From assembly GCF_006345805.1 (NCBI RefSeq), contig NC_043022.1, positions 23,002,001 to 23,066,000 on the forward strand: a stretch of 64,000 bases of DNA, given 5' to 3'. Shown in pieces: positions 41,127 through 55,809 of the stretch. The position numbers and the translations under genes were made by a program. Positions within the stretch are counted from its first letter, which is position 1. Each line of letters opens with the position of its first letter. This stretch comes from Octopus sinensis (taxonomy: Eukaryota). The notes below the pieces were generated by a model, which did not search any database, was not told where the DNA came from, and saw nothing but the letters and a program-made list of their open reading frames with translations.

Positions 41127-41165
<39 letters not shown>

Positions 41166-42125
41166 CCACTATCTGGAATCGAACTCGAAATCTTGGGGTT
41201 AGTAGCCTTATGATAGACTACATAATACAGAGTATGTCATGTGTATTGGTCTTTGAGTGGGTGGTATGCCTTAAAATAATTACCATCATCACTGCCATTA
41301 TCACCACCACCACTACCAACCATCATCATCACCATCTTATATATATATACATACACACATATACGACAAGCTTCTTCCAGTTTCCGTCTACCAAATCCAC
41401 TCACAAGGCTTTTGATTGAGTGACTGTATATTTTTAAAACTAACATTGTGGGGCAGGTGCGAGAGGCTGGACCAGGCCATTTTGAACATAAAACAGGAAG
41501 ACTATTTTGGCCGGATCTGGCCAGTTTAAATGCTTAGGGGGTGAGTCATAACATATGGTTTCAATTAATCTACAAAACATAGTGGTTTTTTATTACCTAC
41601 ACAGTATAGACATGTGTACAAAGGAAAGTAAAGCAATCTTATATCACACTGACCTCAAGGTTTATTATCTCAGTTAACTGTAAGCTACATAGTTTGATAT
41701 TATATCTGACATACTTTTAGTTCCTAATTTAATTTGGCTCTCCCTCTACACACTCTCCCCTCTACATACTCTCCCCTCTACATACTCTCCCTCTATCCAC
41801 TCATCTAACTCTTTTTCTCTCAACTCTCCCCTCATTCTCTTCTACTTCCATTTCAGTTTAAACATAAAAGATATATTGGTAGTGGTTACCTTACTGTTTA
41901 TCTGCGTTTTATGTTGTGTGAACATAAAAAATTCATTTGGCGACTTAAGCTAGTTATGACGGTTTATGCCTCTCACTTGCAACATCTGTTACATGTTATG
42001 ACAGGAGAAGAGTTAAACAAAAGCCAGTTTTAATTTTACAGTTTCCATGAACGTGGGTACAAAAGAATCTGAACATCAAACCCTAACAAAGTAGCATTGC
42101 TAATAATAATAATAATAATGATAAC

Positions 42126-42156
<31 letters not shown>

Positions 42157-42381
42157 ATAATAATATTGAGACCCCCTTTGGTAAGACACTGACCATAGGC
42201 TTGCACCTAACTCATTGTATCTTCCCCCAAAATTGACAATACATCCCTCTAAATTTTATTCTTGTTCTTAAAAATTTACTGCAATGTTGTTACCAGTTCA
42301 AATATGCTTGTGGCACATTTGAACCTGTAAGCAAGCCAGTCACTGTGTTTTGTCATGGGGAAAATTTTTTGCTGTAAACCA

Positions 42382-42783
42382 GGCACAGGAGTGGCTGTGT
42401 GGTAAGTAGCTTGCTTACCAACCACATGGTTCCGGGGTCAGTCCCACTGCGTGGCACCTTCTACTATAGCCTCAAGCCGACCAAAGCCTTGTGAGTGGAT
42501 TTGGTAGATGGAAACTAAAAGAAGCCTGTCGTATATATGTATAAGTATATATATGTGCGTGCGTTTGTTGTGTGTGTTTGTCCCCCTCCCCCCAACATTG
42601 CTTGACAACCGATGCTGGTGTGTTTACGTCCCCGTAACTTAGTGGTCCGGCAAAAGAGACCAGTAGAATAAGTACTAGGCTTACAAAGAATAAGTCCTGG
42701 GGTCGATTTGCACTACTAAAGGCAGTGCTCCAGCATGGCTGCAGTCAAACGAGTGAAACAAGTAAAAGAGTAAAAGAGTAAAG
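42382..42783 (+). mobile_element. Full-length SINE family A (gcaggagtggctgtgtggtaag...gactgaaacaagtaaaagag)
   Basis: tRNA-like head, central microsatellite, (taaaagag)n tail. Copies at ~5440-5845, 16300-16655, 19515-20085, 36975-37290, 46195-46597, 51095-51412, 53490-53900, 58225-58560 and 59670-60330. Confidence 0.88.
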
Positions 42784-43593
42784 GTGTAATATTTCCATAA
42801 CAGAAGGTGTAAACGACAGGAATCTAAAGCAGGATTGTATTGAGTAATAGTTGGAATGTTTCAGTAAGACAGATTTATAAAGATTTGTTGATTTTCTCAT
42901 AACTGATGTTAATTATTAACACTATCAATGCAGTACTTAACGGATACAGCAATGTATCAGGGTATTATATATAACAACAGATTAAAACATTTAGTCTGTC
43001 ATTGTAGTTACAATTAGCATTGTTTTTTTTTTTTTTTTTTTTGCTATACTATTTTGTCCCAAACAAGGCTTGAGGCCACTACAGTGTAAGGGACTACAAA
43101 GAAGGGAAAGAAGGGGCTTACAAATTCAAAATATGTCAATTGACAGAAAAGCTTAAAGGACTGAATATCGCAGACTATAGGAAAACAAGATGATGGTAGT
43201 GAGTTCAAGACAAAAGCAGTTCAAGCTATTTTATTTTTATTTATTTATGTGCCCTTTTCAAGCCTAGCCAGGCTCATGGGCCCAGTTTCCCGGTTTCTGT
43301 GGCATATGTGTTCCCACCAGCTGGATGGGACGCCAATCCATCGTAGCGTTACCCAAGAAACAGGAAGAGAGAGTGAGAGAAAGTTGGGGCGAAAGAGTAC
43401 AGCAGGGGTTGCCACCACCCCCTGCCAGAGCCTCGTGTAGCTTTAGGTGTTTTCGCTCAATAAACACATACAACGCTCGGTCTGGGAATCGAAACCGTGA
43501 TCCTCCGACCGCGAGTTCGCTGCCCTAACCACTGGGCCATTGCACCTCCAGTTAAAGCTATTGGAATAAAATAAATTATAACAAACACAAAGC

Positions 43594-43821
43594 TTAACCC
43601 TTTAGTATTCAGATCGCTCTGTCAAATCTAATGCTTATCTATTTATATTTTCTTGAGTTAATCATGCATCATCTCATAGCTTTGAGATTTCAATGATGTG
43701 ATTGTTTATTTTTACTGTGACATTGTAGAGTAGGTGAGAAATGTTGGATCTGGCCAGTTTGAACATAAAAGTGGCAGAATATTTTGGCTGGATATGGCCA
43801 ATTTGAATGCTAAAGGGTTAA
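43594..43821. mobile_element. piggyBac-type MITE (TTAA TSD, CCC...GGG termini)
   Basis: ttaa|ccctttagtattc ... gaatgctaaaggg|ttaa. Confidence 0.8.
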
Positions 43822-44041
43822 AGAAACTATGTGCCTGGGAAGAGAAGCAGGTGACATGTTTAAAGGTCTTGACAGAGGGTACTAGACTATAAAATTCATC
43901 AGAGCAATAACCATGGAGAGGTTTTTGTTTCTTTGGTAATGATGTTGTTCTGAACTAGTTTCGAGGCCTCTGTAGGATGAGGGACTCTAAAGAAAGGAAA
44001 AAGGGACCTACAAATTCAAAAGATGTCATTTGACAGAAAGC

Positions 44042-44268
44042 TTAACCCTTTAGTGTTTAAACCGGCCATATCCGACCCAAATATTCTATATGTTTTATAT
44101 TCAAACTGGCGATATCTAACCTCTCACACCTAACCTACATTGACATTCTAAAAATAAGCAATCACATCATTGAAACCCCAAAGCTATAAGATAATGCTTG
44201 ATTAATTCAAAACAATTTGAGTAAAAAATATTACATTTAACAGAGTAATCTGAATACTAAAGGGTTAA
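44042..44268. mobile_element. piggyBac-type MITE, same family, opposite orientation
   Basis: ttaa|ccctttagt ... tactaaaggg|ttaa; SINE-interrupted copies at ~21964-22622 and 56793-57223. Confidence 0.8.
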
Positions 44269-45243
44269 AGGACTGAATAATAATAATGAAATTATTGTAT
44301 ACAGTGCTCAGGTGCACCACAACTTGTCGAAAGTGCATATAAAGCATATGCAGTAATGTACAAATGTCTGGAAAGTGAACAGTGCATAAGTCAGATACAG
44401 GCTTGCGTGTGTATGGAGGGGAAAAAGTTAGGTGTAGTGTTGGCGAATCTCAGGAAGCATGGAAGTTTTGAAAGATGCAGTGCTCCGACAACTAACAACT
44501 GCTGCCGGCAGCTTGTTCCATACTTCAGCAACTCTTAGTGTGAACAGGTGTTTCCAAAAGTCATTGGGAACTGTGCTGTTTTCTGACTATGTAAACATGT
44601 CCACGGGTGTTAGACAAGTGGAGTTTGAAAAGGTGTTCAAAGTTGTTTTAGTAAGATTGTTAATAATATCTATTTCTTTACTACCCAAAAGGGGCTAAAC
44701 ACAGGGCACAAACAAGAACAGACAAACGGATTAAATCGATTACATCAACCCCAGTGCGTAACTGGTACTTAATTTATCGACCCCGAAAGGATGAAAGGCA
44801 AAGTCGACCTCGGCAGAATGGTTAATAATATCAGAGATGAGAGGAAAACAAAACAATGGTAGAATTGTTAGTGCACAGGACAAAATGCTTAATGATGTTA
44901 CATCTGTCTTTACGTTCTGAGTTCAAATTCTGCTAAAGTCAACTTTGCCTTTCATTTCGTCAAATCGATAAAATAAGTTGAGTATTGGGATTGATGTAAT
45001 TGACTTATCCCTTTCCCCAAAATTGCTGGCCTTGTGACAAAATTTGTTATCAATATCATCTCAGCTTCTCCCAAAAATTGCCTTTTCCTCTCCTTAAAAC
45101 TGAGAACAGCACCATGATATCTGAGTATAATATATACCCCAAGTGCAGGTTATCTAGCCCACCAATGTAGCTATATACAGCAATGTACAAGGGTAGCTAG
45201 AGCGCTACATACAGCAATGTTTTGTTATATATAAAGAGTGAAC

Positions 45244-45652
45244 AGATCCTTTTGGTTTGAACGGCAGTTTTTTACATAATTTCTAGGTAACTAAAAAATT
45301 TTTAACTTCGTATACTGGTAGAATGTGTTTATAAAACATCTTTTTCTCTTGGCTTTATTGAGAAAATTCTATTGTTTGTAAGATATTTGTTGTTTTTTTT
45401 CTTCAATTTCTGCAATTTCAACCAATCACTGACGTCCATTGAGGTAAAAAAACATTCTGTGCCATATGAATATATCCGTTGCTTAAGAAACAGATTGGGT
45501 TTATTTACATTTGTGAAGAAAAAAGATACCCTTCCCCCACCCCCACCCTAAAATAGATTGAAATGCAATAGATCCATTCTAGGGTCATAATTATGGGTGA
45601 CAATTTTATATGACACTGCTAGAAATAACTGCCATTCAAACCAAAAAGATCC
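45244..45652. mobile_element. Merlin-like MITE copy
   Basis: Collinear with 31720-32128; TSD degenerate. Confidence 0.8.
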
Positions 45653-46118
45653 AAGAGAACTAGTGTGTCACTCATATAGATGCACTAAGATACCTGTGTT
45701 GTCATAACAGTAGACTGTCAAAATATAACTCACATTTCGATAACATTGGATGACTATGTCTTAATAGATATATAAAAATTTCTCTGACAATCTACTGTCA
45801 AATTGGTAAGGAGGTGGGAAAGAGCTCTGGGGAAAATATCTACTCTGGTAATTTGAAGATATTTATATGGAGGTGCATGGCTTAGTGGTTAGGGTGTTGA
45901 ACTCATGGTCATAAGATTGTGGTTTCGATTCATGAACAGGATAATGTATTGTGTTCTTAAGCAAAACACTTGATTTCACATTGCTCTAGTCCATTCAGCT
46001 GGTAAAAATGAGTAATTCTGAGACAGATCAGCATCCCATCCTGGGATAAATATTTATGCCAGAGAAATTAGCTTTATGCTTGTTACAAAGCAATGTGAAC
46101 TAACCACACACACACACA

Positions 46119-46157
<39 letters not shown>

Positions 46158-47480
46158 ACATACACACCACACACACATACACACCACACACATATACTCT
46201 TTTTACTCTTTATTCTTTTACTTGTTTCAGTCAGTTGACTGCGGCCATGCTGGAGCACCGCCTTTAGTCGAGCAAATCGACCCCAGGACTTATTCTTTGT
46301 AAGCCCAGTACTTATTCTATCAGTCTCTTTTGCCGAACTGCTAAGTGATGGGGACGTAAACACACCAGCATCGGTTGTCAAGCAATGCTAGGGGGACACA
46401 CAAACACACACATATATATATATACATATATACGACAGGCTTCTTTCAGTTTCCATCTACCAAATCCACTCACAAGGCATTGGTCGGCCCGGGGCTATAG
46501 CAGAAGACACTTGCCCAAGATGCCACGCAGTGGGACTGAACCCGGAACCATGTGGTTGGTTAGCAAGCTACTTACCACATAGCCACTCCTGCACCTATAC
46601 ATATATATATATATATATATAGATGTGGAGGCACAATGGCCCAGTGGTTAGGGCAGCGGACTCGTGGTTGCAGGATCGCGGTTTCGATTCTCAGACCAGG
46701 CGTTGTAAGTGTTTATTGAGTGAAAACACCTAAAGCTCCACGAGGCTCCGGCAGGGGTTGGTGGCGATCCCTGCATTGTTTCTTCTGTTGACCTGCTCGC
46801 TTAGCCAGCGGGGTGGTGTCATTTGAAGGCTAAAACAATGCGAAGCGCATTGTGACCAGCGATGTGGTCAGTCACGGTGATACATATATATTTAGAAAGA
46901 GAGAGGGGGAAGGAAGGAGAGAGAGAGATGTATCCGTATACAAACAGTTCTCTAAACTAACAAACTGAAAAATGAAACATTTTACTGAGAAAAATGTAAC
47001 TCACATAATGAGCAAAAATTTAATAAAGGAATGATGAGCAGGAGTGGCTCTGTGGTAAGTAGGCTTGCTTACCAACCACATGGTTCCAGGTTCAGTCCCA
47101 CTGTGTGGCACCTTGGGCAAGTGTCTTCTATAGTCTCGGACCGACCAAAGCCTTGTGACTGGATTTAGCAGACAGAAACTGAAAGAGACCCGTCATACAC
47201 ACACACACTAATACATATACAGAGTATAAAGAAAGTCACAAAATATGGGATGAATGCATTTATTTCAACAGTTGATACCCATAGGGTGATGGCCGTTTCG
47301 CAGACAACGTTATGCAAAGAAAGTTTATATTAGTATAAAATGGATTATTTTACATGTCTGCGCTAGTGTGTAATGGTAAAATTTGCTTCGTACTATTATT
47401 GTACATTTTAAAATAAATGCAGATATTCACAGCAAGCTAGCGCTAGACCAAAAGAGTTGTCTCCCTTGAACATGAAGCAC

Positions 47481-47959
47481 TACCGTAAATCCTCGAGTAT
47501 AAACCGCATTTTTCCCCAAACTTTAAAGGTCAAAATCCTAGTGCGTACTATATACGAAGTTAAAAATTAAAATTATTTTCAAAGCAATGTCCGAGTCTCT
47601 ATTTGCTGTCCGGCAATGTTTATTCAGACGCATTTTGTGATGTCGGGCGTGAAAATACCTTAAATCATCCATAATTTTCAGTTAGCAACATTTATTAAAC
47701 GCTATAACTGTTATTTCTTTATTTCTGCAAACAAAATGCACAAAAAAGCTACACGTTTGCATTATGTTATATATACAATAATGATAAAGGACGTTAGCGT
47801 ATACATTTTTACAAACCAAGGACATATAGACCTCCTTGACTCAAGTTAGAGAAGGGGTGCGTATTATGCACAAGGTTTAGGTTTTTCAGAAGTACAACCC
47901 TCTAAAAATCCCCCTGCGTATTATACTCAAGGGCGGACTATACTCGAGGATTTACGGTA
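47481..47959. mobile_element. Tc2/pogo-like (Tc1/mariner superfamily) MITE with TA TSD
   Basis: ta|ccgtaaatcctcgagtata ... tatactcgaggatttacgg|ta, perfect TIR. Confidence 0.85.
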
Positions 47960-48109
47960 ATCTATTGCTTTGAGATAGTTTTAAATTTGAAGAACACTGG
48001 TGTAATAAGATATAAAAACAAAACTGTGTGCGTGTCCGTGCGCGCATAGTGAAAGAAAGATGACAGCAGACGACCAATATATGACTTATGAGATGATATC
48101 CGTTGTAGG

Positions 48110-48385
48110 TATTCTTCTGAATCCTTTTTGCCCCTTTTGGAGTATAGGGCCTCAACAGTTGTTTTCCACTTGTTGCGGTCACTGGCGTGTTTCTTGGCTG
48201 CTTCCCTTGTCAGGCCGGTGGTCCTGAGCTCGTCCAAAATGTTCTGCTTCCATGTCTGCTTCGGGGCGTCCTCGCCTCCTCTTCCCCTGCGGCTTCCAGT
48301 CAAGTGCTCGTCGTGTCACATCAGAGGGTTCCTTCCGCAGTGTGAGTCCGATCCATCTCCATTTCCTTCGTCTAATCATTGCAGG
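48110..48385 (-). mobile_element. RTE LINE 3' fragment
   Basis: [15 protein letters not shown]...[15 protein letters not shown], then (frameshift) KQTW...[14 protein letters not shown]. Confidence 0.85.
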
Positions 48386-49007
48386 TATATTAATGTGAAA
48401 ATCTTAAGTAGTTAAAACCAAGACACAGACATACATACACGGAGATCCACACACAGGCACACAAGTAGACACACAGCCAGACATACACATATAAAGACAC
48501 AGACAGATAAACATACTTTGAAAACTATCGCAATAAGAACTAAAAGGAATGATAATCCAGCAACTAATCCCATGTCATTAACCTAGATTTGCATTATTTT
48601 TAATCCCAAACAATCTTCGGCACAACAGCACTTAGAATGTTTATATATATATATTACGTACACAATACAGATTATCTCACATGTTACACGAGGGGCATAT
48701 ATATGTACATAATTCACTACTACACTTGTAATTTGTCAAGATAGAAATATGCATGCATTGTGTGTATACATGAGAACCTTTTGCAACTTGTACATACAAA
48801 GAAACTTATTTAAATTGATTATGATTCACTGATAAATATGTTTCAGCCATGAACTCATAGACGTAATGTTTCCTCTCTCTACTACTCCTAAAATAACCTC
48901 GATTTTGAAGTTTTTATTGTATTGTATATTTATTACATTGGTTTCAAACGTTGTCATAATATCAGCAATTTTAGTGTGTGTATGTGGGGGGAGGGTATGG
49001 TAGGTTG

Positions 49008-49415
49008 GGATCTTTTCGCTTTGACCGGCAGATTTTTAAAATAATTTTTTTGTAACTAAACACTTTTAAATTTCGTATACTGGTAGAATGTGTTTATAAA
49101 ACATTTTTCTCTTGGCTTTCTTGAGAAAATTCTATAGTTTGTAAGATAACGGACAATTTCAATTGACACCAGAAATAATTGTTGTTTACACATTACGGCA
49201 GAAATCGTTTTCACCTTAATAGACGTCATTGATTGGTTGAAATTGCCGAAATGCAAGAAATTAAAGACCAAATATCTTACAAACTACAGAATTTTCTCAA
49301 GAAAGCCAAGAGAAAAAGATGTTTTATAAACACAATTTACCAGTATACGAAGTTTTAAATTTTTTAGTTACAAAGAAATTATTTTAAAAATCTGCTGGTC
49401 AAAGCGAAAAGATCT
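49008..49415. mobile_element. Merlin-like MITE, palindromic variant with ~140-bp inverted arms
   Basis: 8-bp TSD gtaggttg on both sides; inserted into a family-B SINE. Confidence 0.8.
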
Positions 49416-50355
49416 GTAGGTTGATTACATCAACCCCAGTGTTCAACTGGTACTTATTTTATCGACCCTAAAAGGATGAAAGGCAAAGTCAATCTTGGCG
49501 GAATTTGAACTCAGAATGTAAAAACGGACAAAATGCGGCTAAGCATTTTTGCCTGACATGCTAAAGACTCCAGCAAATTTATCGTATCAATAGCTATTTA
49601 GTACATTTCAAAATTTAGATAAAGGTATAGCTGTATGATTGAGAAGTAGGCATCCCAGCCATGTGGCTTTGGGTTCAGTCCTAATTTCTGGCACTTTGGA
49701 TAAATATCTTCTATAGCCCAGGGCCAATCAAAGTACTTGTGAGTAGATTTCATAGAAGAAAACTAAAAGATGACTGTTGTGTGTGTGTGTGTGAGTATTC
49801 CTGTCTTGACATCACATGATATTTGTAAACAAGCATCACCGTCATACAAATGCTGTTTGTTTGCAGTCTTCTGTAGAAAAACATGTCTTGCCATGAGGAA
49901 ATATTAGCTTGTATGGAAACAGGTGACGGTTGGTGAGAAAAAGGGCATCCAACCATAGAAAATCTACCTCAGCAAATTCTGCCAGACTCATGCAGGCATA
50001 GCAATTGATTTCAACTCCATTTCTGATCAGGTAAATTTCAAGTTCATCATGCTTGCAGACCCCATTTCAGCCAATCAGAACTTTGTTCATGTGAGAACTT
50101 CTAGAATTTTCCTTCAATGAAGGCCTTAAAAACAGATTTTTAACATGAAAAGCCAGAGGGAATTCAGATTTTGTTGAATCAGTCTCAGGTGAATTTCCTC
50201 TCTTGTAGCTGTTTTCACAGCTCTATGATCAACCCAACATGATTCTCTTGATAGCTGTTTTCACAATTCTATATCCAACCCAGAGATGGATTAAAAAACC
50301 AATGCTGCCATATGTAATTTTAGCAATGTGAAAAATCAGCCTAATTATCAATTAC

Positions 50356-50462
50356 CTGTCAGAGATCTCCAGCACATGTAAAATATGATGTTAATATAAG
50401 ATCGATTCTGTCTATATTGCACGAAGCCTTGTAATAACGTAGCAACAAATTATGTACACAAA
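50356..50462 (-). CDS. Candidate upstream start-codon exon of the hillarin-like gene (ATG at 50377, MCWRSLT + phase 1)
   Basis: tttcag acceptor and CAG|GTAATT donor; the phase-1 end matches the phase-1 start of exon 40915. No homology support. Confidence 0.22.
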
Positions 50463-50516
50463 CTGAAACCAATCTTTGTCATAATCAACACTACACAGGC
50501 ATGGGAAAATGGACGT

Positions 50517-50637
50517 ATGATGATGGTGATGAAGATGATGATGATGATGAAGATGATGATGACAATGAAGATGATGATGATGATGATGAAGATGATGATA
50601 ATGAAGATGATGATGAAAATGATGATAATGAAGATGA

Positions 50638-50672
<35 letters not shown>

Positions 50673-50837
50673 ATGATGATGATGATGATAATGAAGATGA
50701 AAATGATGATGATGATGATGAAGATGATGATAATGAAGATGAAAATGATGATGATGATGATAATGAAGATGAAAATGATGATGATGATGATGATGATGAT
50801 TATGAAGATGATGATGAAAATGATGATGATGATGATA
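50517..50837. repeat. (GAT/GAA/AAT)n trinucleotide repeat
   Basis: Gives poly-D/M/H/I ORFs in several frames; non-coding. Confidence 0.9.
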
Positions 50838-52278
50838 GTGCAGTAAAGCAAAACACCTATGTGTAAAAAAAAAAGAGGAATTCATTACGTTTTGCCTCCC
50901 CCACACCAAAAAAGAAACTCTGGCTGCATACCCCCATCTCTAACCATTTCTCATTTCACTTTTATTCCCTATGCCCACTTGCAACTTCTACCCACACTCA
51001 CACAGCCCCCTATAAATCTGTTCTGTCCCCACTCACTACTATTCCCCTTCGTTTTTTTCGTAGCCTGCAGGTCCACCCTAATGCCTCGTCACTACTATTC
51101 TTTGTAAGCCTAGTACTTATTCTATCGGTCTCTTTTGCCGAATCGCTAAGTGAAGGGGGCATAAACACACCAGCATCAGTTGTCAAGCAATGCTAGGGGT
51201 ACAAACACAGACACAGAAACATACACTCACACATATATACATATATACGAAGAGCTTCTTTCAGTTTCTGTCTACTAAATCCACTTACAAGGCTTTGGTC
51301 GGCCCAAGGCTATAGTAGGAGACACTTGACTAAGATGCCACACAGAGGGACTGAACCTGGAATCATGTGGTTGATAAGCAAGCTACTTACCACTCAGTCA
51401 CTCCTGCACCTATATTTTATATATATATATATATATATTATATAGAGGGTACTATTATTCATAGGTACTGCACACTAGGAGGGACTTTTGCAGTCAAAAC
51501 TACTAAAATAAACAAATTGTACTGAATGCAAAACTTCAAAGCGAGTCATTTAAAAACAGAATTTAGTTACATATCACCTGTGATTTCGCAATCAATGAAT
51601 AATAGTACCCTCTATATAATATAAATAAGTATTTTCAAAGTTGAAAAAATTTACAGATTTTTTCTCTTACGAGGTTTTTCACGCTAACTACTGATAATTT
51701 CTTATAAAGATTTTATCCTTATTTTTTAAATATATATATACACACACACATATATATATACTATTTTATCTCTCATTCAACTCCATCCAGGTTACTCGTA
51801 CACCCACTCTTCCATAATGCAAGTTGCCATACAGCTTCGCTACACCAAGAAACCTGTCCTGCTGCCTTCTTTCATAGTTTGGTCTCTAATGAGTTATCTT
51901 TTATCTTTTACTAGATTCAATCCTTAGACTGCAGATGTGCTAGGCACTATTTCTTTTATTTGTTTCAGTCATTTGACTGTTGCCATGCTGGAGCACCACC
52001 TTTAGTCGAACAAATCTGCCCAAGGAGTTATTCTCTGTAAGTCTAGTATGTATTCTATTGGTTTCTTTTGCTGAACCGCTAGGTTATGGGGATGTAAACA
52101 CATCAACACACACACATATATACAACAGGCTTTTTTGATTTGACAGATATTTGTCCTCATCTTGTTTGTTGTTAACACAATGTTTTGGCTAATATACCCT
52201 CCAGCCTTCATCAGGTGTCTTGGGGAAATTTCAAACCTGAGTTCTCATTCCTAAAGTATTTTTTGATGTTGTTGTTGC

Positions 52279-52319
<41 letters not shown>

Positions 52320-54325
52320 TCACTGCCTGGAATTGAACTCGGAGTCTTGGGGTTAGTAGCCCGCGCTCTTAACCACTATGCCATATGCCCGTGGTCATAT
52401 GGCTTTTTTCAATTTCTCTCTACCAAATCCACTCACAAGGCTTTGGTCGGCCCGAGGCTATAGTAGAAGACACTTGTCCATGGTGCCACTGTGTTGAAGA
52501 ATTTTAAGTCAAATGAATCAACCCTAGTACTTACTATTCGTTAAAGGCTGGTATTTATTCTATTGATCACTTTTGTTAAACTGCTAAGTTACAGGAATGT
52601 AAACACACCAACACCTGTTACCAAGCAGCGTAACTGGTACTTATTTAATCGACCCCAAAAGGATGAAAGACAAAGTCGACCTCGGTGGAATTTGAACTCA
52701 GAACATAGCGGCAGACGAAATACCGCTAAGCATTTTGCCCAGCGTGCTAATGTTACCACACAACCACACCTGCACCTATATGTAAAATATACAGCAAAAT
52801 AGTCAATAAAATTTGGGTGCCATAATACTGGAAAACGTATTGTTAGGATTTATTAGGTGCGTAGAAAACAGCGAGAATGCAAACAATAAAGTATCTGTTA
52901 ACTTTTAACAGGTTCTGGCAGATTGAATTCCTGTTTGGATCTAAGAGAATCTATTAAGAATGAATAAATATAATATTAAGAGAAATAAATGAACAAAACT
53001 AATGAGAGATTTATGATCAACTATTGTAAATGTAATGTATGTAAATCAGGATAAATTGATATGAAGAAAGATTTGTGAAAGTAGATAGGAAATATATATT
53101 TAAGAGTAGTTACGGAAAAGAGATCAGATACTTGTCTGGTCAAAAGTAGATAGAGAAATTTTTCTGCTAAAAATAAACCAATGAAAACTAATGTACATAA
53201 GAGAAATAGGTTAAGTTGTTTGATTGGTTAGAGAAAACCGAACCTGCATCTCAGGTTGACTAATAAACAAGTTAGAAAATAAGTAAATATATAGATGCAT
53301 GCATACATACACACACATGTATAAAGATATATATATATATACAAATACAGATATACAAAATCATATATATAAATGTACACACACATACATACACACAAAA
53401 TTATATACATATATGTATACACAGACACATGAGTATATATATATATGTGTGTGCATGTGTGTGTGTGTGTGTATATATATATATAAATATAGGTGCAGGA
53501 GTGGCTGTGTGGTAAGTAGCTTGCTTACCAACCACATGGTTCTGGGTTCAGTCCCACTGTGTGACATTTTAGGCAAGTGTCTTCTACTATAGCCTCAGGT
53601 CAACCAAAGCCATGTGAGTGGATTTGGTAGATGGAAACTGAAAGAAGCTCTTCGTATATATGTATGTGTATATATATGTGTGAGTGTATGTTTCTGTGTC
53701 CATGTTTGTACCCCTAGCATTGCTTGACAACTGATGCTGGTGTGTTTATGTCCCCATCACTTAGCGATTCAGCAAAAGAGACCGATAGAATAAGTACCAG
53801 GCTTACAAAGAATAAGTCCCAGGGTCGATTTGCTCGACTAAAGGTGGTGCTCCAGCGTGGCCGAAGTTAAATGACTGAAACAAGTAAAAGAGTAAAGAGT
53901 ATAAAATTTAGAGAAAAAACTCTATTGATTTAGAATTGCTAAATTGAATTTTTCCCTGTAAGTTTGGAATTATTTCCCCTACTATTATTATTATTAGTAT
54001 ATATATATGTGTGTGTTTCTTTGTTTGTTTGTTCCTTCTCGAGCCATGCCTCGCTCATAAGGGCCGGTTTCCCGGTTTCCTTGGCGTTTAGGTTCCTCAC
54101 CTGGATGGGACGCCGGTCCGTCGCAGGTGAGCTACAAGATGCAGGAGGAAAGAGTGAGAGAAAGTTGTGGCGAAAGAGTCAGTAGAAGTTTCGCCATTAC
54201 CTTCTGCCGGAGCTGCGTGGAGCTTAGGTGTTTCACTCATAAACACACACATCACCTGGTCTGAGATTCGAACCCGCGATGCCTCGACCGCTGCTCTAAC
54301 CAATAGGCCATGTGCCTCCACATAC

Positions 54326-54358
<33 letters not shown>

Positions 54359-55015
54359 TATATATACATATATATATACATACACACACGCATATATGCA
54401 TACATACATGATGGCTGCAAACTCCTGTTCAAGTATTGCTATCACCTGATCGAAAATCCCACACATGCAATGCTAGGCTATGACCAGCCATCTTTGTGAT
54501 AGGTTTTACTTTTTCAAACAATGCCTGTGCATGATGAATTTTTTTATAGTGGTGAAAGGATTTGTACAGATTCAATCCTACTTTCTGAACATAGACAGAA
54601 TGAACTCAAAAAGAAGAACTAGTTTATATCATCGAATAGTGTCAGTGTTGCAGGTTTTCTCTCAGAGTTTCCCTCTCCTAGAAAGATGTTGTGACAAGAA
54701 CAGAGGGGCCTCCCATCACAGTGGGCACCTGGACAATAACCCAGGTATTTCCACATCCCTGCACATACATACATATGTACATACATACATATGTACATAT
54801 ATTGTTAGATGGTCATTGACTGCTCATGAGCTCTTCTACCATTTGACAGGTCTTATCTTTTTGTCCTGCAGGCTGTCCAACAATCACCCTCCTTATCAAG
54901 CAAACCTGATGGGGTTGTCAGATTAGTTGCCGATGACCCGACCATGCAAACGGTTGTACTGGGTTACATGTTACCAGTAGTGCCCAAGACCAACCTGACA
55001 CACATATACATGTAC

Positions 55016-55072
<57 letters not shown>

Positions 55073-55809
55073 CACACACATACATATAAGCATACATATA
55101 CATGCATACGTACACACATACATGCATGCACACACACACACACACACACACATTTTGAAATGCGAATATGAAGGCTGTGAAACTAAAGTTATTTGGCAGT
55201 CCATTCCAAAGTTCTATGAAAACATATACTGACAAGTATCAAGGGCAGAGTTAAAATATATATTTTAGAAAATAACTTCCAGTTACTTGACATAAGAGTA
55301 ACTGATAAATAGTTGTCAAAAGGTGCAGGTGTGGCTGCATGCTAAGAAGTCTGTGTGTGTGTGTGTTTATAATTAAACCACATGTTACATATATACTGAT
55401 TGTGGAGGCACAATGGCCCAGTGGTTAGGGCAGCGGACTCACGGTCGTAGGGTCACGGCTTCAATTCCCAGACCGAGCATTGTGAGTGTTTATTGAGCAC
55501 AAACACCAGAGGCTCCAGCAGGGGGTGGTGGCGAACCCTGCTGTACTCTTTCACCACAACTTTCTCTCACTCTTTCTTCCTGTTTCTGTTGTACCTGTAT
55601 TTCAAAGGGCCAGCCTTGTCGCACTCTGTGTCACGCTGAATCTCCCTGAGAACTGTGGTAAGGGTACAATTGTCTGTGGAGTGCTCAGCCACTTACACGT
55701 AAATTTCATGAGCAGGCTGTCCCGTTGATCAGATCAACTGGAACCCTCGTCGTGATAACCGACGGAATGCCATGACGATATACTGATAGTGCTAAATTGT
55801 TTCTTCTAA

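Noticed and set aside
46625-46705. tRNA-like sequences at SINE heads (also 12410-12492, 33477-33552 and others)
   Set aside because: A/B boxes run on into SINE bodies with no complete cloverleaf; SINEs, not tRNA genes
50412-50909. Poly-Asp, poly-His and poly-Met ORFs (resembling an acidic biomineralisation protein)
   Set aside because: Simple trinucleotide repeat open in most frames, with no signal peptide or supporting exon structure
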